Shown here one piece after another: positions 12,750 through 25,534 of a DNA stretch of 64,000 bases. Where the stretch lies: NCBI RefSeq assembly GCF_009834535.1, contig NC_045696.1, positions 59,460,001 through 59,524,000 of the forward strand, read 5' to 3'. Under the pieces are notes generated by a model. That model ran no database searches and had not been told where the DNA came from. It saw nothing but the letters and a program-made list of their open reading frames with translations. A program made the translations under genes and the position numbers. The number at the start of each line of letters is the position of its first letter. Position 1 is the stretch's first letter. This stretch comes from Camelus ferus. Taxonomy: Eukaryota.

Positions 12750-12950
12750 TAGGGTTTATTATGTGCCAGGTACTTTTCTCCGTGTACCATGTGTAGATTA
12801 ACTCATTTCAATCTCTCAAGAGTCCTGTGAGGTGGGTGGATTATGATTATTCCATTTTACAGATGAAGAAACTGAGAGGCTAATTAACTTGGCCCATCTA
12901 GGAAGTGCAGCGTGGCTGCAGAGTCCATGCTTTTACACTGTTGGACACTG
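12750..12950 (-). mobile_element. MIR SINE
   Basis: tatgtgccagg...ttccattttacagatgaagaaactgagaggc. Confidence 0.8.
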
Positions 12951-14825
12951 CCCCTCTCAGGGCAGGCCGTGAGTGGTTCAAGCCTTCGAGCTGGCTGAGC
13001 AATAGAAGTCACAGCACTGTGACCAGCCACAACAACATGACTTAGCGATTATTGTCCCGCAGTGCACTTGACTGTTGACGAAGCACTTTTACGTACAGAG
13101 TCTCATTTAATCTACACAGCCCTTTGGTCTTTTGAGGTGGGTGGTGGTGTCTCTGCTGATGTGGCAAAACCAGTGCTCTTTGATTTTGGGGGCTTCAGTG
13201 GCAGACTTGACCTAGCAGTCCAGCTCTCTTCTGTTTGAAGTCCAGGGCTCTTCCTGCCACACCACTTCTTTCTGGAGGTTTTTTCTCAGCTGCTGTGCAC
13301 TTTCTCAAGCAAGACACCATTTTTCCTGCAGTGAATTTTCAAAGCTTTCCCCGTATCAGGGGGGATATGAGAAACTGAAAAAGGAAAATACCATACAGTG
13401 CCTCTTTGCTGAGGATGCAGAAGTATCTTCTCTAGTTTCTCTCCAAGCTAAAGAAGGGAGTTTACTGTTATTGCACTTCTGGAAGAGTGAAACGGGCTCT
13501 CCTAATAGTTTTCTGGGAATAACTTGTATTTGAATGCACAATACTATTTGTAGGAATACCATGACATCTCATGGTATCCTGTGAGTTTTATAGATGGTGT
13601 CTGATTTAATGGTTTTGTGTCTTTCAAGGGCCCATATTGAAAATGTCTCTAGCTATTTAAGTGATGAAATCAGGATATAAAACTATATAATTATGATCCC
13701 CTTTACATTAAGTGTGCCAACGTAGGCATAACTGGAAGAAAATTCACCACGGTGTTAATGGTTTTGATTTCTAGGGGCCAGGCTTTTGGTTGATTTTAAT
13801 CTCTCTATATAAATTTTCTGTGCTTTCTAATCTTTTATAATTTGTAATCAGTTGAAAATCAATATGTATAATTTTAAAAGAGTGCATAGCCCGTTTCTAC
13901 AACAGAACTATTGAACATCATTTAAGCCAGCATTTGAAAGAGACAAGTAAAGAAGTTTTTCTGTACAACCTTAGGAGTCGCAAGGTTTCCACTGGCCTTC
14001 TTGAGGGCTCTTTGCCCAGTTGCCAGACAGCCTGGGTCTGACCTGGCCTGGCCTGGATTTGGGGTTGTGGGCACTTGGACCACAGAAGCCTTATTTATTA
14101 TATCCAAGTGAAGGGAGACACCAGATCAGCAGCCAGCTGCTCTGTAAAGTTAGAGGCAGGGACTTTGATTCCTGTGACCGATGTTGGAAAGGTCTGGAAC
14201 ATCTCCTTTTGACTTGAGGCTATTCTGCTTTGGGGCAGCAGGGGATCTGCTTTGCAGCCTGGACTGCATGCCAGTTTCAGTGAGCCAGGACAGAAGGGGT
14301 GGTAGGAGACTTAGGTCTGCCTAGATGTGTTTAGTGTTTGAGACACTTCACTGCATCCCTGAAGCTGAAGAATAAGGGAAGCCTGCAGGGGGCACAGACA
14401 GTGCCCATCTCCAAAACAAAACAGTATAACACACCTTAGTCCCAGCAGAGTCCAGGCAGGGAAGGCTGACCTTCTAGAGTCAGCCAAGTGCTAGTCCACC
14501 AAGCCGTAATCGCTGTCACACATATATGTTCTCAATTGCTGCTCACAGAATTGTATTGTATATTATTATTCCTATTCTATAGTTGAGGAAACGGAAGCTC
14601 AGAAGGATGAAGTGGCTTGACCAATCACACTGCTGGCTGGACAGAGCTAATATTTTGTCTGTCACCAAAGCCCACCCAGGCTCCTACCCAATAGCCCTGT
14701 TATCCCTCTGCTGCTAGGATCCAACTCATGCCACCACTGGCCACTGTCTGTTAGCCTGGGTCCCCTGGCCCATGATGACTACAGGGAAAACTCTCAAATC
14801 CCACCTTCTAATGCTTAGTCGACAG

Positions 14826-15290
14826 CAGGGGCTCATAACCTTTCTGTGCTCTGGACCCGTTTAGTCTGGTGAAGCCTATGGACAGCTTCTCAAAATAATA
14901 TTTATAAACATACAAAAAATATATGGGCTTGGAAAATAATTATTGAAATACAGTTAATAAATTTTCAAAGTATAGCAACATATGTACTTCTTTAGGAACA
15001 TGTTAAATAACAAGATGGACTTTAAGTCATGTAACTACTGTAATTTTGAAGTAGTCATGACCATGATATTTCAGGGCAACAACCCAGGTGTGCTTTGAAA
15101 ATGTGTGAGTTTCTATTGATGTCAGAGGCCAAAGTATTGGTTAACATTAATGAAGTTTGTTGACTGTGTTCATAAGTGAAGAGAAAGCTGTATTTTAGTT
15201 AGAGGTTAGTGAAAATAAAGGCATTTTTTTTTCCCATCCAAATACAGCATCCCTGAATTCTGTGCACAGACTCTAAGTTAGGATCTGTGC
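14826..15290. mobile_element. MER119-like hAT-Charlie element
   Basis: cagggggctcataacctttctgtgctctggaccc...agtctggtgaagcctatggacagcttctc at one end and ttttcccatccaa...ctctaagttagga at the other. Confidence 0.7.
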
Positions 15291-15305
15291 TCATATCTTA
15301 AAAAG

Positions 15306-15307
<2 letters not shown>

Positions 15308-15375
<68 letters not shown>
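15308..15375 (+). repeat. (GT)34 microsatellite
   Basis: 68 bp perfect GT repeat. Confidence 0.98.
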
Positions 15376-15377
<2 letters not shown>

Positions 15378-18300
15378 GAGAGACTATCAAAAACAAAACC
15401 GGGAGTGAAAGGACAACGGAGGAGGGCAGCCCAGGAATATTTCGATTTTGAGTCAGTGGTGAAAATGCCACTCAGGCCTGACCCATCTGCCACAGAAATG
15501 TGCTGGGTGAGGGGCAGGGGAGTAAAACAGTCCTTTTAAGATTAATTTAAAATATCTGTGCAGAACAGAGTGCCTCAGCCCTTGACTTATTTGGTGTTTT
15601 GGAAAGGGGGTGAGGAGGGTGGCGGTTTGGGTAAGAGTCGTGTGTGCAGATCCACATCTAAACAAGGGCCTGAGGAAATAGTTCCTGCATGAGCCATGTC
15701 TTAGCCTCCTTCTGGTGGGAGGCTTGTCGGAGGCCTCTAATTCCAGATCTGGGAAGCTCTTGGCAATTGGAGGAGTCTGGTGATCACCCAGCGTCTATTT
15801 TTGTATTTTATAAAGAAGTGGGCTCAGAAGCCTCCCCTCTGGCCCTGTGGGTGACAGCTTCTTTCCCAGGCCTTGAATAATGGGTGGTACTCCCCGTTCA
15901 CCAGCTGGTCTTGGGAAGTGAAGTCACCCCTCACCACCTTCCCCGACCTCTAGGATGACCCCATGCACTCCCAGTCTTGGTGGTGGTGGGGAAGGAGCCA
16001 CTCTCTCTCCCAATTAAACATTTTGGGAGGAGGGACTCTTTTCCAGAGATGATCCATAAAGCAGGCCACGCGTTCATTTAATAAACTGCTGTTGAGCAGC
16101 TGTCATGCGCCCAGAACAAGGCAGTTGGATAAAGATGAGTGAGCCAGAAGTTCTGTCTTGGAGCAGCAAGTTGTCATCACGTCCTGTTTTATATTACTTA
16201 TGTCTGCTGTGTGCACCCCACCAACCTAGGCCCAGCCTCTGCGATTAGGGAGTTCTCAGAGATGGGGGCACTGCAGCTCAGGAATGACAGGAAAGCCTTA
16301 ATGAGCAATTTGTGGGAGGGCTGGGTAATTCAGAGGTGATTTGAGTAACACACAGTGCATCTTGTTGGAAGATGAGCACCGCTGCCTGGGCCCTGTGCCC
16401 TCTGGTCTGTAACTAATGGGCCTGTCCTCCACTGTGTTCACAGAGCACCGGCCGGTCGCTCTCATTAGCGGGCGCAGACTGCGGCTCTCTTTGCAGCTGT
16501 GTCTTACAGCCGGTTGCCCCTTTTCGCCACCCCCGCCCCAGCTGCAGTGGACCCTGTGTGATGAAGCTGTCTGCCCTGCAATCACATCCCATTACTGGAG
16601 AGAAGGGAGGCCTCTTCCCCATTAGGGAGCAGTTTGTGGTGTTAAGGGTCATTAAGTACTCGTTGTCAGTGTCCCCTTGGGAATGGGAAGGGTGGGTGCT
16701 GTTCACTGCCTATCCCCTTCCCCTTTCCTGGGTGCCTAGGGTACATCTGAGAATGGTAGAACTGGAAGAGACCTTGAGATCAAAAAGTTTACCTCCCACG
16801 CACTGTAGGAAACCCAGCCTTGTCATCCTGATGACAGCCACTGTGACCTCCTGATGCCCATCTATGTGCTGACGCCAGTCACAAGCATCAGAAAATACCA
16901 AAGCTGACGCACCATCTGCCTTCTGATCTGGGGAAGACCCACAACCTTCCAGTCTTTGTAGATAAGGGGAAGTTCTTAGAAGGGCTCTGGTGCATAACTA
17001 GTCTTAACTGATGGAGGAAACTTGGTCTACTTCGCTTCTGAATAAAGGAGGCTCTACTGCTGTCTACCTGGGAGGTCCATACTCTAATCTTGCCCAAAGC
17101 CATTCTGGAAAGGAGCATATTCCCACTTCTTGTGAGAGAATCCCCCAAAGAGAACACAGCTACCCAGTGGGGCTTCCAGTGCTGGAACTGGGTTTATTAC
17201 TGGTTTATACAGCTTGTTGTGTCCTGTGTAAACCTGTGCTTGGGACACACCCAAGACAAGATCTTTATCCTCACACTCAGGAGGATATTTAGGTGCCCAT
17301 CTCCTCTGTGACCATGGCATTTGCCCAAATGAGAACCCTTCATTTGCTTAGAGGAGACTGGCCTCAGTGGCTGCCCTCACCATGCCACCTGTGGGAAAGC
17401 TCCCTCTGGAGAACCTAATTTTAAATGCTTTCCTGCATATTCATCCTTGCATGGTGAAGTTCTGTTCACCCCCATGGGTGCCATGTCCATGCTGAGGCGG
17501 AGCTGCGTGAGTGGGGTTCAGATTGGTCCTGGAGTGCCACTTGCCACTTGGGATATAGGCCACATCTTTAACCTTTGACCCCCAATTATGTTCCCCCAAA
17601 AAACAAAGATGAATAATTTGTGCTAACTCAGCATCTTTTGATTTCTTTTCTGCTTCCACATGGCACTGTTCTCACATACAATATTTTCTCTTTGTGGAAA
17701 TGTCTTTCAGTGGGAGTAGTAGGGTGGCAGGGCATGTGTGTGGTCATGGTGGTGGGGGAGGTGGTGGTGAAGAATAGGCTTGTAAGGGGACATTTCAGTG
17801 TCTCCAGGGTAGTTTGATGAAGGACCCCCCCTGCCCCCACCCAATGTGCCGGCCGTTCCTCCTCCTTTGAGACTTGCCGCACTACATTATGTCGAAGCCC
17901 CTTTAGAGCTCAACAATTCTGTAATAATCTTTGCCTTTTTGGTCTTCATTCTCCCCTGTATATCTACAGTTAGCTCGTCTCTCTTCAGGGTTGTCACCTT
18001 GGGTGATGATGGAAAATAAGAAATTTTTCTTAGCAGATAGGACCATAATCTGTTGAGTTCTTTTCCCTAAAAAAAATGCCCAAGCTGCTGCCCAGAGTTG
18101 TTAGAAGGCTTGAATGGGATGGTGTGTGTGGAGGTGCCGGCCCCATGCCTGGCCCAGCATCGCTGCTCCCTAGTCCTCGGCTTCCCTTCCTTCTCCCTGT
18201 GCTGTGTCAGCCATGATTCACTCCTCAGTCATCAGGCACCTGCAGAGACCTCGCAGAGTGTCATCGATGCTGTCTTCAAAATGAACTTGATCCAAATAAT

Positions 18301-19650
18301 TTTCAGTGATCCCTAATGGAACAGAATCAATAATTGAGTTTTGAAAGAAGTTGGCAATTATGCTGTAGGTTCATGACCCTCCCCCACCGCCAAGATCACT
18401 AGATTGAGTGGTCCCCTTGAGTGAGGAGGACCCCAGGTCAAATTGCGGTCATATCTGATGGGTCAGGTTTGGGGGAGCTGCCACAGGGAAAGATCTCTGG
18501 AAAAACAGCGTCTGTCCTTGAAGCAGCCTCAGAGGAAAGCGGTTCTCCCCAGTGGGCTGTGATTGCCCCTCCCGATGCACCTTCTACATCTGAGACACTT
18601 ATTACCTCCTGCCATGCATTATAGCTAAGAGCATAGTTGTCTAATTCTCTTACAAGCTTGCGGCCAGAAGCACTTCCTACTGTCCACCCAAGAAATATGT
18701 CTATGCATTTCAATATTCTTGGAGGTCTGTGCAAACAAAACAATGTTGCTTTCATCTTGATCACCCTGAGAAAATATTTATGGGGCCCTTTGGGTGAAGA
18801 GCATCATGATAGGCAGCAGGTCACTGCACTAAGGGTTTTGTGCTTATTGTGTTTTGCTGTTTGTATGTCCTGTTAATTCTATTAGCAATTCAGGACATCC
18901 CCAGGATGCCCTGTCACTGGGCAAGGTATCCATTGCTGTTTCCTGCCCTCTCCCTCTGAGATACAAACAGTTCTGATCACTCCCCAGGGCCCAGAGCAGG
19001 ACCCAGAGTCTCACTCTGCCTGGGCTGACAAGAACTGGTGAGGCCCCTCCTCCCTGCCCCACACTTGGCCCACTGCCTCTTCTCTTCACCAGCTCTCCAA
19101 GCCCCACGCCCCTTGAGCCAGCAGTGTCATTTGTCAAACTGAAGTGCCATTGTAGTCATTATAATACGAAATATTTTTTTTGAGTGTCGGTTTTCAAAGT
19201 GTTCTCACACTCCTGACCTTAGAGATTTTCTGGCCTAGCCCTTCCTTTTACATAGAAAACTTTGACCCAGAGCAGAGACCCACCCAGAGTAACCCAGTCG
19301 GGAGTTCCTCATTTGGTCTGCCGTCTCCTTTTTGTGGCAGGCCTGGGGCATGCATGTGAGCATCATTTTAGGGATAGAAAGCTGAGATTTGGTGAGGTTG
19401 GGAGGTGTGCCTGGGATGGAGCCAGGTAGGTGGGCCCTCTGCTCTAAGTCTGCAGCTCCTGGCTGCCCCAACACACACACGCACGCACGCGTGCACACAC
19501 ACACACACCCCTTACTCTTACCCTGCAGGAGAAAGTGTGCAGATGCCAGCAACCTGGGAGGTGGCTAGAGGAGCTGGGGTGGAGTGGAGAGCAGTGGTCA
19601 CCTGACTTGTGTCCTTACAGCTGCTGTGATAAAAGGGCAAACACTGGTCC

Positions 19651-19668
19651 GGCCTCTAGGGGGCGTGC
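19651..19668 (+). promoter_or_regulatory. Candidate CTCF site
   Basis: GGCCTCTAGGGGGCG closely matches the CTCF core (GGCCACCAGGGGGCG). Motif only. Confidence 0.45.
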
Positions 19669-21219
19669 CGACAAGTCTCTGATTCAATTGCCTGAGCCCT
19701 TGGTGTTGGGAGGGAGGCTTTCCAGAGCTGTGACCCTTCACGGAAAGGTCTTTACTGGGCAGTTTGTAATTTCTTGCTTTTTTCCAAGAAGGTCTCTGGT
19801 GCCCCCTTGCTCCTGCCCTCCCTCCTCCTCTTGGGGCCTAAACCATCTCCCCGCCACCGCCTGTTGACTGGGCTTAGGGCAAGGAAGTGTGTCGTGTCCC
19901 GCCCAACACAGGACACAGTGTCCTGTGTTATTTCCAGCCTGCTGGTCCTGGGAATCTCTACTTACTTTTTCTCATTTCCTCCCCTTGAACATTAGAAACA
20001 TTAGATTCCAAAAATAATCCAAGTCACAATGTTCTGCAGGCTGCATGTGTGTTTTCTGCTGAAGCTGCTTTCTCCTCTGTACAGTCTTTCACCCTCTCCT
20101 TCCTTCCCTCTGCTGCGTGTCAGCCCAGTGTACGCTGAGGTCGCCAGGCCTGCAGGAGGAGTGTGGGTATAGGGAGCAGGGTGGGGGAACACTGGGCAAG
20201 GAGGCTGGGCACCTTCCCAGGTCTCTTATGAGGGCCAGAAAGGGCCGAGACCTGAATTATCATATGGATCAGTGGTGGCCTCTACTTGTGTGTGGACCCC
20301 ATAGTGACCCCTTGGAACTGAGAACATGAACACTGTGTTAAGGGCACTTTCCAGAATTGAGGTTGTCATACTGACTCTGTCCACAGCAATTTAGGTGAGC
20401 TAGGAAAGGAAGATCCTGCTCAGAGACAGAAGTTGTATGAGGCACAGGGAAGTGACTGAGAACCATTCACTGACATTGAGTGTCCACAAACGTTGAGTGT
20501 CTGCTGTTTGTCAGGTCTTCTGCTAGGTGCTGAGGACCTGTCCCCATCCCAAGCACAGGATGGGAAAATAATGTGGGTAAGTGTAGGGAAAATCAGGTTT
20601 GGCATTGACGTGATTCCCCATCCTTGTAAGAAAAAGATGGCTAAGAAATAGAACCACTCTAGTGGTTAGAACCCAGTTAGGTACCAAGGTCTCTGTGACT
20701 TACAGGCAGGGGTTAGGGTTGGCGGTCTAGTGTGTGCGAGGGAGAGAGGGGGGAGGTGGTCAAAGAAAGAAAACATGTCAGCTCTACCCCAGTAGGGGAA
20801 GTGGTGGAAATGTCTAAAGTACCCTTTGTGAAGAATAAAAGACATACAAGTACAATTTATAAAGTGAAAAAACAAGGTGCATCTCTATTTAGGGTGGGGA
20901 AATTTTTCAAGATTTCTTTCCAGGCATCTTACTTCGAAGAACTCACTTTCCTTCCTTCCTTTCACCTTCCATCCTCCCCGCTGCTCCCCTTCTACTTCCT
21001 CGCCCGCCCGTTTGAGACCCCTCTTCTCCTCGCCCCCTGCCCCTCCTCCAGCCCGCATCACCCCACCCTTCTGGAGCTTCCATTCTTTCAGGACTTGTTG
21101 CTTTGCTTCCCTTTTGTGGTCCCGCTTCCTTCCTTGGGTGGTTCCCCATTGTGGCTCAGGCCTCCCATGGAGGTCAGAGAGAGCACAGGCCCGAAGACCC
21201 AGCCTAAGGCTTCTAGAAA

Positions 21220-21435
21220 GGACACCAGCTTTGCAGTCATAGAGACGTGGGTTTGAATCCCAGCTTAGCTACTTGCTAGCTAACTAACTATCTGGGGTCA
21301 GTTTACCCTCCCTGAGCAGCTTCTTTATCTGTAAAACATAGATTTTAATACATGCCTTAGGATTGTTGAATGGATATAGAAAATGTCTAGAAAAAGCATC
21401 TAATGTGCTGGGAGCCCAATAAGTGCTCAACAGCT
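21220..21435 (+). mobile_element. MIR SINE
   Basis: gggtttgaatcccagctt...cttctttatctgtaaaac...aataagtgctcaac. Confidence 0.75.
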
Positions 21436-21634
21436 GGAAGTTTTGTGGAGACAGGCTTGAGCTGGACTATGTAGTCAGATGGGATTAGGAGTGGAAGGGA
21501 AGCACTGGGAGATTTTCCTGGGGAGGTGGGGTGAGAGTAGACAGTCATCTACAACAAGGGTGCTGGAGCAGACGGTGGGCAGCCTGTGCCAGCCGAGCAT
21601 GGAGGTGAGGTAGGGACCTGGTGCCTGGAGAAAC

Positions 21635-21878
21635 CAGTAGTCGGAAAGGGAAGGAGGGAGGGGTAAATTGGGAATTTGGGATTGGCAGATACAAACTACT
21701 ATATACAGAATAGATAAACAACAGAGTCCTACTGTATAGCATAGGGAACTGTACTCAATAGCTTGTAATAACCTATAATGAAAAAAGAATATATATATGT
21801 ATAACTGAATCACTATGCTATACACCTGAAATTAACACAACATTGTAAATCAATTATACTTCAATTCTAAAAAAAGAG
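21635..21878 (+). mobile_element. Short artiodactyl-type L1 3' UTR fragment
   Basis: gggaatttgggattggcagatacaaactactatatacagaatagataaacaac...acaacattgtaaatcaattatacttcaatt + A-rich tail. Same family as 11982-12400 but in the opposite orientation. Confidence 0.85.
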
Positions 21879-24800
21879 AGAAAGGGAAATTAGAAGCATG
21901 TACCCAGGCTGGCAAGATATTAGAACACTGTTGCTGAAGACAAGCCAATTAAATAAGTGCTGGGTACCGTGCTGGGGACAGACAATTAGGAGGTGAGCTG
22001 GAGTCAGGCCTTCCCACCTTGGGGCAAAGGACACTAGCAAACAAATAGCTGCTGTATGGGGAAGGTTGACTGAAGTATCTGTCACTGCTGTGGGAGCAAC
22101 AGAGGGGAAACATTTAGCCCAAGCTGGGGTGCAGGACAGGGAAGAACATGAGCAAAGGCATGGCAGCCCCAAAGGTACAGGGTGGGTTCTGGGAACATCC
22201 ACTGTCAGGTGTGGCTGGCACTGTCTGGTGTGGCTGGAGCTCCCGCTGCATGGGGAGGAGCGGAGGAGGGTGGGATCCATGGCATGTGGATTACCAGGAG
22301 TCACAAGAGGGTGTCAGAAATCACGGCACTCCCTGAGCTACCAGGGACCATGAAGAAAGCTGGATTCTTGCCCTTTCTTGGTATAGAGAAAAAAAGGACG
22401 TTGGTTTCCTCCATGCAAATCAGGTGGACTGACTGGTCCTGCCTCAGAGTGGGCATTTGTTCTGTCCCAAAAGATTTCCCAGGGAGACCCCTTGTTATCA
22501 AGTGTCACAGGGAAGTGCAAACCAGAAGAGCCTAGAATGGAGAGTGAGACTGGTCTTGGGCATTCAGCCCCCATCATGACATCCTTCTCTGTGCTTTGCA
22601 CAGTCTTGCCTTCTCACACCTTTGTTTACACCAACCTGCCTCCCAGTCTGCCTACTGAAACCCTCCTCTAGCTGAAGGTCCAGCTCAAATGCTGCTCTCC
22701 TCACTCTTCCCTGCTGGAGGTGGTCTTTCTTTCTCCTCTTTCCAGTCTTTATCCATCCCCCTCAAATTGGCCCTGTTCCAACCCAGTTATATTGCAAATT
22801 ACTGGAGGTCAGGGTCAGTGTGGTAGATAACTTTGTGTTCCCCAGAGGCACACAGTGAGTGCCAAATGAAGAGTGGACCATGGCGCAGTCTGTACTCACT
22901 AGGCTGCCTGATGGAATAAAATTTTTGTACACGCTCTGAGCTGGCACAAGAGCACCACCTACTGCTGAGTGGTTTCAGGGGATGTCACTCCAATACTTTT
23001 CCTTAAAAACTGAGGTTTTAGTAAGTTTCATCTGGCAGTGGAGAGGGAGATTTGGAGGCAGGGAAACCGGTTCTGGTCCTTTTATACTAATCCAAATGTG
23101 AGCAGATAAGGTGATAGGTGGGGGTGGAAAGGAGAGGGGCAAACCCTAGAGATACTCTAAAGGAAAGAAAGTGGGACCTGGTGACTGATTGGATGTCAGA
23201 GAGGAAGGAGAGCTAAGGTCTTCATGTTAGGATGATGACAATAGAGCGGTGGTGGAAAGAAAGCCCAAAAACACTTTGGAAGGAAGATGAATAACTAAAT
23301 TCAAAAGTTAATTTCTCTTAAGGCCCAGAAAAGTCAGAGAAGTGGTGGTAAAGGTTACTGAAAACATTACCAAGAGTTATCTGGTTATTGCATTTCTGCC
23401 TATTCTTAGGAACATTGGCACTGTCTAAACACAGGAATTTACTGTAGTCCTCTGAATAAGATTATTAAAGAAGTGGAGGGTGTTGAAGACTGGGCTCTTC
23501 ATTCCATAAGCCTTTCCCGAGCTCCTGTGGGAAATGCTGTCCCAGGTGGGGTCTGGAAGCATCTAAGCATCTCCTGCTCCATGTTCCTGAGCCTGGCTCC
23601 CATGTGGTCCCCCACCTGCCTAGGCCCCATTGTTGAAGTTGCCGCTGGAACAGGGGAGAAAGGAAAAGGGAAGTGCTAGCTCTCTCAGCTCAAGGTCAAC
23701 CCCACCTAGCATAGACCCCTCCTAGCACAGCACTGGCTCGCTGGTCAGTCAGAGAGGGACTCCTGAAGGGAGGGCCACCTCCTCCCTAGCCCACATGGAA
23801 TTTTTTCCCCAGATGTGCAAGTAATTGCCACAGCTGACTTTAGGATGCGTGGGAAGACTCGATGAGACCATCCAACAGACACTTCATTTTTGTAGTAACA
23901 ATAATGGCTACCATTTACTGAGTGCGTCTTGTATGCCAGGAACAAGCATTAGCTCATCTAGATTAACTTGCAAAGGGCCAGAGCTCAGTTTGTGCATAAA
24001 TCTAGCTCTTGGATAAAGTTGGGCACTATTTTCTCAGCTTAAATTAAATAGGGTTTGACTTCTTCATTTCTACATTTTGGAAAGTGAGTGAACATTCCCT
24101 CACTCTGTTCCTGAAAATATTTTACCAGCATCTGTGGTTCAGATGGAAGGAATTTGGCTGCTCAGAGTCAATATCCCGGGGCCGCCCGGGCTGATTCCTG
24201 GCTTGGTTGGTCCTGTTTCTTGTCTGCTTGACTTGCTGGCTCCTGGAGGACCATTCCTTCCCCACAGTGGGGTAGTGTGTATATTGCCAGGGCTGCAGGA
24301 AATTCATTCCATCCAGGCAAGCAGACTGGAAATAAAATGCAAAAAATACCACATTATTCAAAGTCTGAAAATATTTATATTAATAATAGACTTGGTGAGA
24401 CTTTTCATTACATCACTTCGATGAGGAGGGCAAGCCCGAGGAGAGTAGCCTTTAAAGGCCTAACAGGAGTGTGCTGATTTTCAAGGACAGTGTATGATTT
24501 TAGCATGAAGGGTTGCAGCCAAATTAGAAGGCAACTACTTTTGTGACTGCCAGCTTATTCTGTCAGAACCCAGGGGAAGTGGAAAAGAACCAGCCTGCAT
24601 TCAGCATCTACCACATGTCATGCACTGTGCCTGGCACCTTTCATATGTTATCTTTATCTCCGCCTTTGTGTTTATCTTCTTCAATCCAGGCATTGAAGGG
24701 TTTGTAAGAAACAGGAGGGGAGGGGCAGAGAGGGAGGAGGAGGATGGGGAGGCAAGAGCCCCAGTTGGTGAGAAGTCTGTAATGTTCGTGTTGATTTTGT

Positions 24801-24924
24801 TTGGAGAGATCAGGGCTGGCTTGGACTCTTCTTTGCAATGACATAGATGACAGTGTATCTGTCAGTGCAGGCACCCAGTTCAGGGTGAAAAGAAAATTTG
24901 ACCTTATTACTCTTCTTCCGTAGT

Positions 24925-25405
24925 TTCACTGCCACTGAATAAAGGCCCAGTTCTTCTGCTTTACGACCTGGGCCCCTCCCTCCCTTCTATCCCCCCTCCT
25001 CACTACCTCTCACTTCCTGCTCCAGAGCTCCTTGTACCCGCTCTCATTCCATGCTGCTTCAGGCCTCCCGGCCTTTGCTCAAGATGTTTCCTCTCATTCA
25101 GATACCCTTCCCATCTTTACCTTCCTCACGTGGCTAAATCCTGTTGTCTTTCCTGTATCATTCGGCTGTTGCCACCTTCTGGGAGCCCTCCATGCTTTTC
25201 CCTATCTCTACCTCTGACAAGCTGGACCAAGTAGTAGTCCTCTGCTATCAGCTCATTGTATACACTTTTCATAGTGCCTTTCACACTTAAAATTGACAGA
25301 CTTTTGAATACACTTGTCTTCCTCACTGGACTCTGACCTCAGTCTTTCATCAGCAGTCCCTAATCCAATGTCTGGAGTACAGTGGGCACCCAGTAACTGA
25401 ATAGA
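24925..25405 (+). mobile_element. L2 3' fragment
   Basis: ggcctttgctcaagatgtttcctct...ttgtcttcctcactggactctga...tctggagtacagtgggcaccc. Confidence 0.6.
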
Positions 25406-25534
25406 GCATCGTACTAAGCATCATGGGCATCTGACTGTTTATATCAGAAGGCTTTTGACTAGAAGAAACAGAAAACTGGACTCTGTTGCAGGGTTCCATC
25501 TTTTAATCCTTTTTGTCCCTTTCCCTTCTATTTT

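Noticed and set aside
20732..21256. 174-aa ORF and C/T-rich tract
   Set aside because: Low-complexity pyrimidine-rich DNA running into a MIR, with no recognisable protein.
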